DNA of 39,777 bases from NCBI GenBank assembly GCA_964633565.1, contig CAZWGW010000001.1:1-39777 (forward strand), read 5' to 3'. Each line of letters starts with the position of its first letter. The stretch's first letter is position 1. The notes under the pieces were generated by a model. It was not told the origin of the DNA. It ran no database searches and worked only from the letters and a program-made list of their open reading frames with translations. This document shows, piece by piece, positions 1-8,186 of this stretch. A program made the position numbers and the translations under genes. This stretch comes from an uncultured Planctomycetaceae bacterium. Its GTDB lineage: Bacteria; Planctomycetota; Planctomycetia; Planctomycetales; Planctomycetaceae.

Positions 1-2388
1 ATTCATGACTCCTCTCCCGACGCTTACGAGCAACTCGTCGATCGACTGCTGTCCTCGGAACATTACGGCGAGCGCTGGGGCCGTCACTGGCTCGATGTCG
101 CGCGCTACGGCGAAAGCCAGGGGTTTGAGCGGGACAAGGTGCGGCCCAATGCGTGGCCCTATCGGGACTGGGTGATCCAGGCGCTGAATCGCGACCTGCC
201 GTACGACGAATTCGCGCGGCTGCAGCTTGCCGGCGACGTGCTGCACCCCGAAGACGCCGCAGCCGTCACGGCCACCGGGTTCCTGGTCGCTGGTCCCTAC
301 GACGAAGTCGGCCAGCAGCAACAGAGCGCGGCGATGAAGGCCGTCGTCCGCGAGGACGAGTTGGAAGATATCATCGGCACCGTGGGGCAGACGTTTCTGG
401 GACTGACCGTCAATTGCGCGCGGTGCCACGATCACAAGTTCGATCCCATCACGCAGAGAGAGTATTACCAGTTGTCGGCCGCGCTCGGCGGGGTCCGGCA
501 CGGCGAGCGGAAGGTCTCTTCACCGGCGGTCCGGCAAGAAATCGAGGAATTGAGCGCCCGTCGCAAGGACGTGTCTTTGCGACTCAAGTCGCTGGAACAA
601 CCGGCGATCGCGGCGATCCGCGCGGAACAGCAGCGCACAATCCTCACGACTCCGCCGCCGCGGCCGATTGCGCGCTGGACGTTTGGTGGACGTTTCGACG
701 ACGACAGCCGCACGCTGCGCGGAATACCGCAGGGAACGGCGCGGACTCGTGACGGCCAGGTCGAACTTGACGGCAAATCGGCATACGTCGAGACCGCTCC
801 TCTCGACCGGGAACTTCGCGCGAAGACGCTCGAAGCATGGGTCCAATTGGCCAGCCTGGAGCAGCGTGGCGGCGCCGTCGTCAGCGTGCAGACCGTCGAC
901 GGCAACGAGTTCGACGCGATCGTCTTCGGCGAACGCGAACCCCGGAAGTGGATGGCCGGCAGCAACGGGTTCGAGCGCACGCGCAGCTTTGACGGTCCGG
1001 ACGAAACCGAGGCGGCGACGTCCCTGGTACACGTCGCGATCGTCTACGATGAAGACGGAACGATTACCGCGTATCGCAACGGCGTCCCGTACGGTACGCC
1101 CTATCAGAGCGACGGTCCGATCACATTTCCGGCCGGTCGGACGCAGGTACTGTTCGGGCTGCGCCATGGGACGTCCGCCGGCGGCGACCGGCTGCTGTCC
1201 GGGGCGATCGACGAAGCGCGGCTCTACGACCGGGCGCTCTCGGCCGCCGAGGTCGCCGCCTCCTCAACCCGGCACAAGCATGTACCGCCAGCGCTGATTC
1301 TGGCGGCCATGTCGGACGAGCAGCGCTCCGAATTCGAGTCGTGCCGCGACGAACTGGCGCGCATCGAATCGCGTCTGGGGGAACTGCAGAACCTGTCCGT
1401 CTACGCCGTCTCGCCGCGCCAGCCGGACGTGGCACATGTCCTGCTCCGCGGAAACCCGGCGACTCCGGCAGACATTGTCGTTCCAGCGGGCATCGGGTCA
1501 CTGGCAGGTGTGAACGCGGACTTCGGTCTGTCATCCGACGCACCGGAAGCCGATCGGCGAGTGCGTCTGGCCTCATGGATCACGGACGCACGCAACCCGC
1601 TGCTTGCACGCGTCATCGTCAATCGTGTCTGGCATTACCATTTCGGCGTCGGGCTCGTCGACACGCCGAATGACTTCGGCTTCAACGGCGGCCGGCCGTC
1701 ACATCCCGAACTGCTCGACTTTCTGGCGTCGTATCTGATCGAGAACGGCTGGAGTCTGAAGCAACTGCACCGCCTGATTGTCACCTCGGCGACGTATCGT
1801 CAGGCGTCGCTGCACCGGGCGGACTGCGCCGCCGTCGATGCCGGGAACCGGCTGCTGTGGCGAAAGGACCCGATCCGACTGGACGCCGAAACGCTGAGAG
1901 ACGCGATTCTCTCCGTCGCCGGAGAACTCAATCCCCAGGTCGGGGGGCCTCCGTACCAGGATTTCAGGACGTTTACCTTCAACTCGCAGTTTTATGAGAT
2001 GATTGATCCGGTCGGCCCGGAGTTCCACCGACGTACGATCTACAGGACCTGGCTCCGCAGCGGTCGTAACCCACTGCTCGATACGTTTGACTGCCCCGAT
2101 CCCTCGACAACGTCGCCGAAACGCGCCGTCACAACGACGCCCGTGCAGTCGCTGGCGCTGCTCAACAACTCGTTCGTGCTGCGAATGGCGGACGCGTTTG
2201 CGGAGCGCGTGATTCAGCAGGCCGACGCAGACGCGCCCGCCCAGGTCCGCGAGAGCTTCCGGCTTGCGTATGGGCGCGATCCGGCGGCTGACGAACTTGA
2301 ACGACTCAGCCGCTTCGTCGACGACTTTCCGCTGCCGGCATTGTGCCGGGTGGTGTTCAACAGCAATGAGTTTTTGTACGTGGAATGA
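1..2388 (+). CDS. PSCyt2 (DUF1549) / LamG-like / PSD1 (DUF1553) domain protein, 5'-truncated by the window edge
   Basis: Frame 1 is open from nt 1 (IHDSSPDAYEQLVDRLLSSEHYGERWGRHWLDVARYGESQGFERD, a DUF1549-type signature). The GTG at 139 in the ORF track is therefore not the true start. The central block LDGKSAYVE..AWVQL..DEARLYDRALSAAEV looks like a concanavalin/LamG-type module. The C-terminal NRVWHYHFGVGLV..FDCPDPS..TTTPVQSLALLNN is the DUF1553 signature. Stop is TGA 2386-2388. Confidence 0.85.
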   Translation: MHDSSPDAYEQLVDRLLSSEHYGERWGRHWLDVARYGESQGFERDKVRPNAWPYRDWVIQALNRDLPYDEFARLQLAGDVLHPEDAAAVTATGFLVAGPYDEVGQQQQSAAMKAVVREDELEDIIGTVGQTFLGLTVNCARCHDHKFDPITQREYYQLSAALGGVRHGERKVSSPAVRQEIEELSARRKDVSLRLKSLEQPAIAAIRAEQQRTILTTPPPRPIARWTFGGRFDDDSRTLRGIPQGTARTRDGQVELDGKSAYVETAPLDRELRAKTLEAWVQLASLEQRGGAVVSVQTVDGNEFDAIVFGEREPRKWMAGSNGFERTRSFDGPDETEAATSLVHVAIVYDEDGTITAYRNGVPYGTPYQSDGPITFPAGRTQVLFGLRHGTSAGGDRLLSGAIDEARLYDRALSAAEVAASSTRHKHVPPALILAAMSDEQRSEFESCRDELARIESRLGELQNLSVYAVSPRQPDVAHVLLRGNPATPADIVVPAGIGSLAGVNADFGLSSDAPEADRRVRLASWITDARNPLLARVIVNRVWHYHFGVGLVDTPNDFGFNGGRPSHPELLDFLASYLIENGWSLKQLHRLIVTSATYRQASLHRADCAAVDAGNRLLWRKDPIRLDAETLRDAILSVAGELNPQVGGPPYQDFRTFTFNSQFYEMIDPVGPEFHRRTIYRTWLRSGRNPLLDTFDCPDPSTTSPKRAVTTTPVQSLALLNNSFVLRMADAFAERVIQQADADAPAQVRESFRLAYGRDPAADELERLSRFVDDFPLPALCRVVFNSNEFLYVE

Positions 2389-2434
2389 ATGGTACGGGTG
2401 GACCAGCATCACGCACTGGGAGTAGAATGATCCC

Positions 2435-2704
2435 ATGTCAGTGACGTTCGAATCGACGCTTCTGGATGACCTTCTGGACTCATTGGCCGCTTGCATGACA
2501 CCCGAATTCGCTCGACGAATGGCGACTTTGCAGGCGAGCCCTGCCGTCCAGAACCGATTTGATCAACTTGCCGGAAAGAGTAACGAAGGCCAACTGACGC
2601 CCGCCGAGGCAGATGAGTACGACGCGCTGCTGCGTACTCTCGATCTGATTACCATGCTGCAATTGAAGGCACAAAAGCTGCTTGATGAGGAATCGAGTGA
2701 CTGA
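2435..2704 (+). CDS. 89-aa acidic, predicted all-helical protein; candidate immunity/antitoxin-like partner of the downstream HNH nuclease
   Basis: Start is ATG 2435. The stop TGA 2702-2704 shares its A with the ATG of the next gene (TGATG). The C-terminal half GQLTPAEADEYDALLRTLDLITMLQLKAQKLLDEESSD is charged and heptad-like, with no catalytic motif. The coding call rests on ORF length, translational coupling and the lower GC it shares with the HNH gene. Confidence 0.55.
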   Translation: MSVTFESTLLDDLLDSLAACMTPEFARRMATLQASPAVQNRFDQLAGKSNEGQLTPAEADEYDALLRTLDLITMLQLKAQKLLDEESSD

Positions 2705-3108
2705 TGGAGCCCGGCGCCCGAAAACGCGTGGTGGCTCGCGCGGGGGACCGATGTGAATTCTGTCGCATCGCTCAGATTCATGTCCCCTACCTGCGATTCT
2801 GGCTGGAGCACGTAATTCCGCGACAGCACGGAGGCAGCGACGGATTGGAAAACCTGGCGCTGTCTTGTCCCTGGTGTAACCGCCGTAAGGGAACCAATCT
2901 TTCGGCCATCGATCCCGAAACGCGCCAAGTTGTGCTGCTGTTCAATCCGAGGACGCAATCGTGGGACGATCACTTTCGATTCGACGGACTGGTAATCGTC
3001 GGATTGACCGCAACCGGGCGGGCAACGGCTGAGTTGCCGGCTCTGAACGATGAACGTCGTCTTCACATCCGTGCGCTCGCTGAGTCAGGATCTTCACCGC
3101 TGAATTGA
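2704..3108 (+). CDS. HNH endonuclease (small free-standing type, zinc-binding CxxC...CxxC)
   Basis: CEFC...EHVIPRQHGGSDGLENLALSCPWCNRRKG gives the H-N-N/H core bracketed by two CxxC pairs. The C-terminal LFNPRTQSWDDHFRFDG..IVGLTATGRAT block is typical of the short cyanobacterial/planctomycete HNH family. The stop TGA 3106-3108 overlaps the ATG at 3108 of the next gene. Confidence 0.85.
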   Translation: MEPGARKRVVARAGDRCEFCRIAQIHVPYLRFWLEHVIPRQHGGSDGLENLALSCPWCNRRKGTNLSAIDPETRQVVLLFNPRTQSWDDHFRFDGLVIVGLTATGRATAELPALNDERRLHIRALAESGSSPLN

Positions 3109-4589
3109 TGGTGATGGTAATGTCGTATTTCGATCGCAATTCGAATGGCGCTGCGGTGCCTCAGTCGCGCCGTGATTTCCTTTCCTGGACCGTTCACGGA
3201 CTCGGTAGCGCTGCCGTCGCCTCGTTGCTATTGCGGGATGGAAACGTCCTGGCGTCAACAGCCCCCGGCGAGGCCGCCGTCCCCTGGCCGCACCATCCCG
3301 CTTCTGCCAGACGCGCCATTCATATCTGCCTGTTCGGCGGCCTGAGCCAGGTCGATTCGTTCGACTACAAGCCCGAGCTCAAGAAGTTCCACGGCAGGAA
3401 ATACGGCGAGATCGATTCGGCTGACGTGTTCTTCGGCCAGATCGGCCTGCTCCGGCAGAGCGACTGGGCCTTCCGGCGGCGCGGCGAGAGCGGACTGTGG
3501 ATCTCCGAGTTGTTCCCGTACCTTGCACAAGTTGCGGACGAACTGACCGTCATCAATTCGATGTACGCCGAGACGTCGAACCACACCCCGGCGACGTTTC
3601 AGGAGAACACCGGATTTCGGCTCAACGGCTTCCCGACCGCCGGCGCATGGCTCTCCTTCGGCATGGGGGCCGAGACAGACGAGCTTCCGGCATACGTGGT
3701 CGTTCCCGACCCGCGCGGCATGCCGGCCGGAGGGTCGATCAACTGGTCCAACGGATTTCTGCCGGCCCGGCACCAGGGCGTCATCATCCGCAGCCAGGGG
3801 ACGCCGGTCGACGACCTGTTCCCCGCGCGGGACATCCCTGCCGCGACGGAGTCCGCCAGCCGCGAACTGCTCGCCGTATTGAACCAGCGGCACCTCGACC
3901 AGCGGGGCGTTGACGACGCAATGGCCGCGCGGATTCGCAGCTATGAACTGGCGGCGAAAATGCAGCTCGCCGTTCCCGACGTGACTGCCCTGGGCGGCGA
4001 GACTGCCGAGACCCATCGGCTCTACGGCATTGACCGCGATCTGACCCGTGACTTCGGCCGCAGTTGCCTCCTGGCCCGGAGGCTGCTGGAGAAGGGGGTC
4101 CGGTTCGTACAGCTCTATTCGGGGGGCGCATTCGGGTCGCCGCGCATTAACTGGGACGGCCACGAGAACCTGCTGCAGAACCACGGCCAGGAGGCCGGGC
4201 GAATCGATCGGCCGGTCGCCGGCCTGCTGGCGGACCTGCGGCAGCGCGGTCTGCTCGACGATACGCTCGTCCTCTTCACCAGCGAATTCGGCCGCACTCC
4301 GTTTACGCAGTCCGCCTCCGACGTCCTCGGCCAGGGACGGGACCACAACCAGTACGGCTTCACCGTGTGGCTGGCCGGCGCGGGGCTCAGGCATGGCATC
4401 GCGTACGGTGCCACCGACGAGATTGGCTGGAAGGCCGTCGAGCAGAAGGTACACTGGCACGACTTTCACGCCACCGTGCTGCACCTGCTGGGGATCGATC
4501 ACGAACGGCTCACATACTATCACAACGGCATTCAGCGCCGGCTGACGAACGTGCACGGCACTGTGCTCACCGACCTGCTGAATGTCTGA
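3108..4589 (+). CDS. DUF1501 domain protein (sulfatase-like fold, Tat signal), the usual partner of PSCyt/PSD proteins
   Basis: There is a twin-arginine motif SRRDFLSW near the N-terminus. Family-typical blocks are present: HICLFGGLSQVDSFDYKP, NHTPA, FTSEFGRTP..GRDHN. The ORF track starts at TTG 3105, but in-frame ATGs at 3108, 3114 and 3120 are more likely starts. Confidence 0.9.
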   Translation: MVMVMSYFDRNSNGAAVPQSRRDFLSWTVHGLGSAAVASLLLRDGNVLASTAPGEAAVPWPHHPASARRAIHICLFGGLSQVDSFDYKPELKKFHGRKYGEIDSADVFFGQIGLLRQSDWAFRRRGESGLWISELFPYLAQVADELTVINSMYAETSNHTPATFQENTGFRLNGFPTAGAWLSFGMGAETDELPAYVVVPDPRGMPAGGSINWSNGFLPARHQGVIIRSQGTPVDDLFPARDIPAATESASRELLAVLNQRHLDQRGVDDAMAARIRSYELAAKMQLAVPDVTALGGETAETHRLYGIDRDLTRDFGRSCLLARRLLEKGVRFVQLYSGGAFGSPRINWDGHENLLQNHGQEAGRIDRPVAGLLADLRQRGLLDDTLVLFTSEFGRTPFTQSASDVLGQGRDHNQYGFTVWLAGAGLRHGIAYGATDEIGWKAVEQKVHWHDFHATVLHLLGIDHERLTYYHNGIQRRLTNVHGTVLTDLLNV

Positions 4590-4623
4590 CGCAACGGAAA
4601 CACACGGAACCAGGAAGGTCGCG

Positions 4624-5325
4624 ATGATGAAATTTCGTCCAAACTCGATGTTTGTCGGGCTGCTGCTTGTCGCCTGCGGCTGCGCTCCGGAGGTGCCGTC
4701 CGGGCCCTCGTCCACAGCGGGATCCGGCGGCGGGTTGGAGGAAGTCGTGGCGTCAGAAAGTGCACCGGTGGCGAGTACCGCAGCCGCCGCAACAGAAGCG
4801 GCGACCACCCGCAGTACAGCCCCGGCGCCTGCGGGCGGCGAATCAGGAGCCGCCGCGGCCTCTCATCCGGCCTTGCCGATGGAAGTCACGCTCGAACTGT
4901 TGGAATGGGACGGCATCAAAGCCATCATCGAGTCCCACAAGGGGAGGATTGTCGTCGTCGATTGCTGGGCGACGTATTGCGTGCCGTGCCGCAGAGAATT
5001 CCCGGGGCTGGTTGCACTGGGCCGCGAATTGCCGGACGACGTCGTGTGCATTTCGGTGTCGCTGGACGAGGCGGCGGAGCATGGGGAGGCGCTCGACTTC
5101 CTGAAGGAGCAGAATGCCCTGATGACAAATGTCCTCTGCACAACGGACACCGACAAGCTTTACGACCGGATCCTGAAGGTCGGCTCAGTTCCCGCGATCT
5201 TCGTGTATGGACGGGACGGTGCAATCGCGCGGACATTTACCGGAGCGAACCCGGAAGACGGCGGCGAGTACACTTACGCCGGGCACATCGCGCCATTTGT
5301 CCGCGAACTGGTTTCGCAGAAGTAA
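4624..5325 (+). CDS. TlpA/ResA-like thiol-disulfide oxidoreductase lipoprotein (thioredoxin fold, CVPC)
   Basis: MMKFRPNSMFVGLLLVACGC is a lipoprotein-type signal with a lipobox Cys. A Pro/Ala/Ser linker follows, then VVVDCWATYCVPCRREFPGL, a thioredoxin-like CxxC motif. AGGAAGG lies upstream of ATG 4624. An alternative start at ATG 4582 overlaps the DUF1501 stop. Confidence 0.8.
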   Translation: MMKFRPNSMFVGLLLVACGCAPEVPSGPSSTAGSGGGLEEVVASESAPVASTAAAATEAATTRSTAPAPAGGESGAAAASHPALPMEVTLELLEWDGIKAIIESHKGRIVVVDCWATYCVPCRREFPGLVALGRELPDDVVCISVSLDEAAEHGEALDFLKEQNALMTNVLCTTDTDKLYDRILKVGSVPAIFVYGRDGAIARTFTGANPEDGGEYTYAGHIAPFVRELVSQK

Positions 5326-5354
5326 ACGCTTCGCCCGCTCGGCCGCAGCCGCAC

Positions 5355-6323
5355 ATGTCGGAACGATCCGCCACTCAATACGACGTGCTGTGCGCCGGGC
5401 TGATCGTGGCCGATCATGTCTGTGCGCCGATCGCCGGCCTTCCGCCCCCAGGTGAACTCGCGATGACGGACCGGATCGATCTCACGATCGGTGGCTGCGC
5501 TTCGAACGTCGCAGTGGACCTGTCGCGGTTGGGACTGGTTGCCTGCGTGGCCGGTCGTGTGGGGGACGACGTCCTGGGGCGGCATGTCTGCAACGTGTTG
5601 GCCGCCGAAGGGGTGTCATGCGACCAGGTGCAGTTTTCGCGGACCGCCCGGACGGCGACGACCATGGTCATCAATGTCCGCGGGCAGGATCGCCGGTTCA
5701 TCCATGCGGCCGGCGCCAATGCGGAATTCACCGGGCGCGAGATCTCTGCCGACGCGATCCGGTGCAGTCGCGCCCTCTATGTCGGCGGCTTCGGCCTGAA
5801 CGCCGCGCTCAGCGGAGACAGCGTTGCGGCATTGTTCCGCACGGCGCGCTCGGCAGGTGTGGCAACCGTCCTGGACGTGGTCGTTGCGGATGAAGACGTC
5901 GGCCGGATGCTGGAGCCGGTCCTGCCACTGACCGATCTGTTCCTGCCGAATACTGATGAAGCCCGGGTCATTACAGGACACAACGAGCCGTTGGCGCAGG
6001 CCGCACACTTTCGCGAAGCGGGGTCTGCAACGGTCATTATCACCTGCGGACGAGCGGGGGCGTGGCTGATGAACCGCGAATCCACTCTGCACATCCCGGC
6101 ACATGACGTCGTCCAGGTGGACCCCACCGGCGGCGGCGATGCCTTTGTGGCCGGTTACCTGTTTGGCGTCATGAACCAGGCGCCTGTGGACGACTGCCTG
6201 CGTTACGGCTCCGCGCTGGGGGCCAGTTGCGTTCAATGCGCGGGCGCCACGACCGGCGTCTTCCGAAAAAGCGAATTGACAGAATTTGTCAAACGTCAAC
6301 GGTTACCGGTCAACCCGGTTTGA
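5355..6323 (+). CDS. PfkB-family carbohydrate kinase (ribokinase / ketodeoxygluconokinase-like)
   Basis: The N-terminus is YDVLCAGLIVADHV. GGCASNVAVDLSRLG is the diglycine region. DPTGGGDAFVAGYL is the PfkB signature 2. The ORF-track ORF begins at 4905, but homology-like sequence begins at ATG 5355 (MSERSATQYDV). Confidence 0.85.
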   Translation: MSERSATQYDVLCAGLIVADHVCAPIAGLPPPGELAMTDRIDLTIGGCASNVAVDLSRLGLVACVAGRVGDDVLGRHVCNVLAAEGVSCDQVQFSRTARTATTMVINVRGQDRRFIHAAGANAEFTGREISADAIRCSRALYVGGFGLNAALSGDSVAALFRTARSAGVATVLDVVVADEDVGRMLEPVLPLTDLFLPNTDEARVITGHNEPLAQAAHFREAGSATVIITCGRAGAWLMNRESTLHIPAHDVVQVDPTGGGDAFVAGYLFGVMNQAPVDDCLRYGSALGASCVQCAGATTGVFRKSELTEFVKRQRLPVNPV

Positions 6324-6389
6324 TCCGCCGGAACGCACAGCACCCATCACGGGCGGCAGCCGAAGGTTCAGGCAGCCGGAGCAGACTGT

Positions 6390-6758
6390 TCAGTCGAAGT
6401 CTTCGCGCGGACCCATTGACGTCGTTCCGCTCGCATCCAGTTCGGCCGAGGCAGTCGTCGGCAGCGGGATCGGCTCATGCCGGCCGCCGAGCCTTAACCA
6501 GTCCGGAAGCAGACTGCGCGGCTTCTCTTCCGCCAGCCGCGCTGGCCGGATTGACCCAACGTCACTGGTGGAGTCCTGGACGCGTGAGTTTTCGACCGGC
6601 GCGTCGTTTTCGGCGCGCAGTTCGACGCCCATCGAGGGCATGCCGGAATTACTGTCCATCTGGAACCACTTGCGTCCCAGCGCACATCCCGAAAGCAGCA
6701 GCGCACAGGAAGCGCCGCAGATCACCAGCATAGGTCGGGGTGCGAACCGGTGTTTCAT
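6390..6758 (-). CDS. hypothetical lipoprotein
   Basis: MKHRFAPRPMLVICGASCALLLSGCA is a signal peptide with lipobox LSGC. The remainder is low-complexity and acidic. The ATG at 6758 is preferred over the GTG at 6776. No family was recognised. Confidence 0.5.
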   Translation of the reverse strand: MKHRFAPRPMLVICGASCALLLSGCALGRKWFQMDSNSGMPSMGVELRAENDAPVENSRVQDSTSDVGSIRPARLAEEKPRSLLPDWLRLGGRHEPIPLPTTASAELDASGTTSMGPREDFD

Positions 6759-6799
6759 GGTGCGCGTGGTGGACACTGACCTGTGGCCGCGACCGGTTC

Positions 6800-6928
6800 C
6801 TAGGGTTCGGACTGGCCCGGGACGCCGCGATTGTCCCAGGCGTCCTTCAGGGAATTACAGCCGGATGCGGCCGTCGCAAGTCCGACCAGAGCCGCCACGA
6901 GCAGCAGGTGATACAGCTTCCGGTACAT
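6800..6928 (-). CDS. 42-aa small lipoprotein (entericidin-size class; family not established)
   Basis: MYRKLYHLLLVAALVGLATAASGCNSLKDAWDNRGVPGQSEP is a clean signal peptide plus lipobox ASGC followed by an 18-aa mature peptide. It is the in-frame ATG subset of ORF 6800..7279, and there is only a weak SD-like sequence. Confidence 0.35.
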   Translation of the reverse strand: MYRKLYHLLLVAALVGLATAASGCNSLKDAWDNRGVPGQSEP

Positions 6929-7230
6929 GGGCAACCCGCTCGTCCTGAAGGGAGTGAGCCATTGACGGGGTGCGGGTGATAGCAGGATTCGAATGACAGG
7001 AAAAGCCCGTTTTCTGCGCCACAGCGCATCGCACTGCATCGGCAAACACCACTTTTCCTCGTCAAAGCCAATCTTGACCCCCGATACTGCGAGCGCCTCG
7101 GACGGCCGGCCGTGCCCGCCCAATTTGTCGCTCCGGGCGGTTTTCACTCCAACATCGATCGGAATTGTCCGTCGATCAGACGGCGGCCTCGGCGGGCGTC
7201 GCCCCGGAAACACATCATGGGAGAACGGAC

Positions 7231-8103
7231 ATGCGAGTGCTCCTGCTGACTGCGATGACAGGACTCCTCGGCGTTTCAACCGGAACAGTTGGCGCGGATG
7301 GCCCCGGAGGGCTTCTCCGGCAGACGCTGCCTGCCGACGAAACGCCGCTCAAGGTCGTTGAGGCACTTGAGGTTCTGGTCGTCCCTGCGGCGCCATTGCG
7401 CGAACTTGCACCGCACGACCGACTTCGCCGTGCCGTACAGGACTATTTCCGTGAAGTCGACGAGATTGACGAGCGCGCCGCCCGGGAGCGGGCCAGCGCC
7501 CGTGCCCGGCTGCTCGCCGCGCTCAGTGACGATTCCTTAACTCTTGCGAAACAAGTGACACCGGGACTGATTGGCGGTTCGACGGTTAACGGCGAAAAGG
7601 CAGGCATCGTCTACCTTTACCACCATGGACGGCTGTTGGCGGCGGACGAGATCCGGTCGCGGTTCCACGGTGCCGACGCCCCGTTTCCCGACGTGCGGAT
7701 CGAAATGGCCGGTTACGTCCAGATCCCGCGCGACATGACGGTAAAAATCTGGCACGCCGCGGGGGGCGTCAACAACGATCACGGCGAGCTGTCGATCGAC
7801 GACCGCCTGCTCGGTACGGTGGGGGATGACCTCGTCAAGAATGTGATCTACGTGGTCAAGCTGCCGCACGGCGCCCATCGCGTGCGGTGGGTGTTGACGG
7901 GCGGCCTGTTTCAGAACAACATGCTGAAATTCGAGGACCCGCAGACCGGGGAATTGCTGGAGGTCTTCCATGACTCCGGGCAGCGTTCGGCGACTGGTGC
8001 AGACTCCGCTCGGGAGATCGTGGAGGTAGATCGGGATCCGGCTGAGTGGTCGATCGCCATCGACCCGACAGCCTGGCGCTGGGAAGGTGTCGGCGAATTC
8101 TGA
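7231..8103 (+). CDS. secreted hypothetical protein; the C-terminal half is possibly a PA14-like beta-sandwich
   Basis: GGGAG lies 9 nt upstream of ATG 7231. The signal peptide is MRVLLLTAMTGLLGVSTGTVGA. The pattern GYVQIPRDMTVKIWHAAGGVNNDHGELSIDDRLLG...VVKLPHGAHRVRWVLTGG resembles PA14-type domains by eye only. Confidence 0.6.
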   Translation: MRVLLLTAMTGLLGVSTGTVGADGPGGLLRQTLPADETPLKVVEALEVLVVPAAPLRELAPHDRLRRAVQDYFREVDEIDERAARERASARARLLAALSDDSLTLAKQVTPGLIGGSTVNGEKAGIVYLYHHGRLLAADEIRSRFHGADAPFPDVRIEMAGYVQIPRDMTVKIWHAAGGVNNDHGELSIDDRLLGTVGDDLVKNVIYVVKLPHGAHRVRWVLTGGLFQNNMLKFEDPQTGELLEVFHDSGQRSATGADSAREIVEVDRDPAEWSIAIDPTAWRWEGVGEF

Positions 8104-8186
8104 CGCCTTCCCGGGCGGTTGGCGAGTTACGTCGCCCGCGGCGATTGGGTTCACCGGGAGTGGTCATTTCACGTACATTGGGGGAT

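Noticed and set aside
139-2388. GTG 139 as the start of the first gene
   Set aside because: The frame is open back to nt 1, and the upstream 46 codons encode the DUF1549 signature (HYGERWGRHWLDVARYGES). The gene is truncated by the window, not initiated at 139.
4582-4623. ATG 4582 (overlapping the DUF1501 stop) as the start of the thioredoxin-like lipoprotein
   Set aside because: It would add a 14-aa polar extension (MSDATETHGTRKVA) in front of an otherwise standard lipoprotein signal. ATG 4624 has an AGGAAGG upstream. It is retained as an alternative, not excluded.
3255-4808. 517-aa minus-strand ORF
   Set aside because: It is antisense to the DUF1501 gene, which has a Tat signal and family motifs. 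Its composition is shadow-like.
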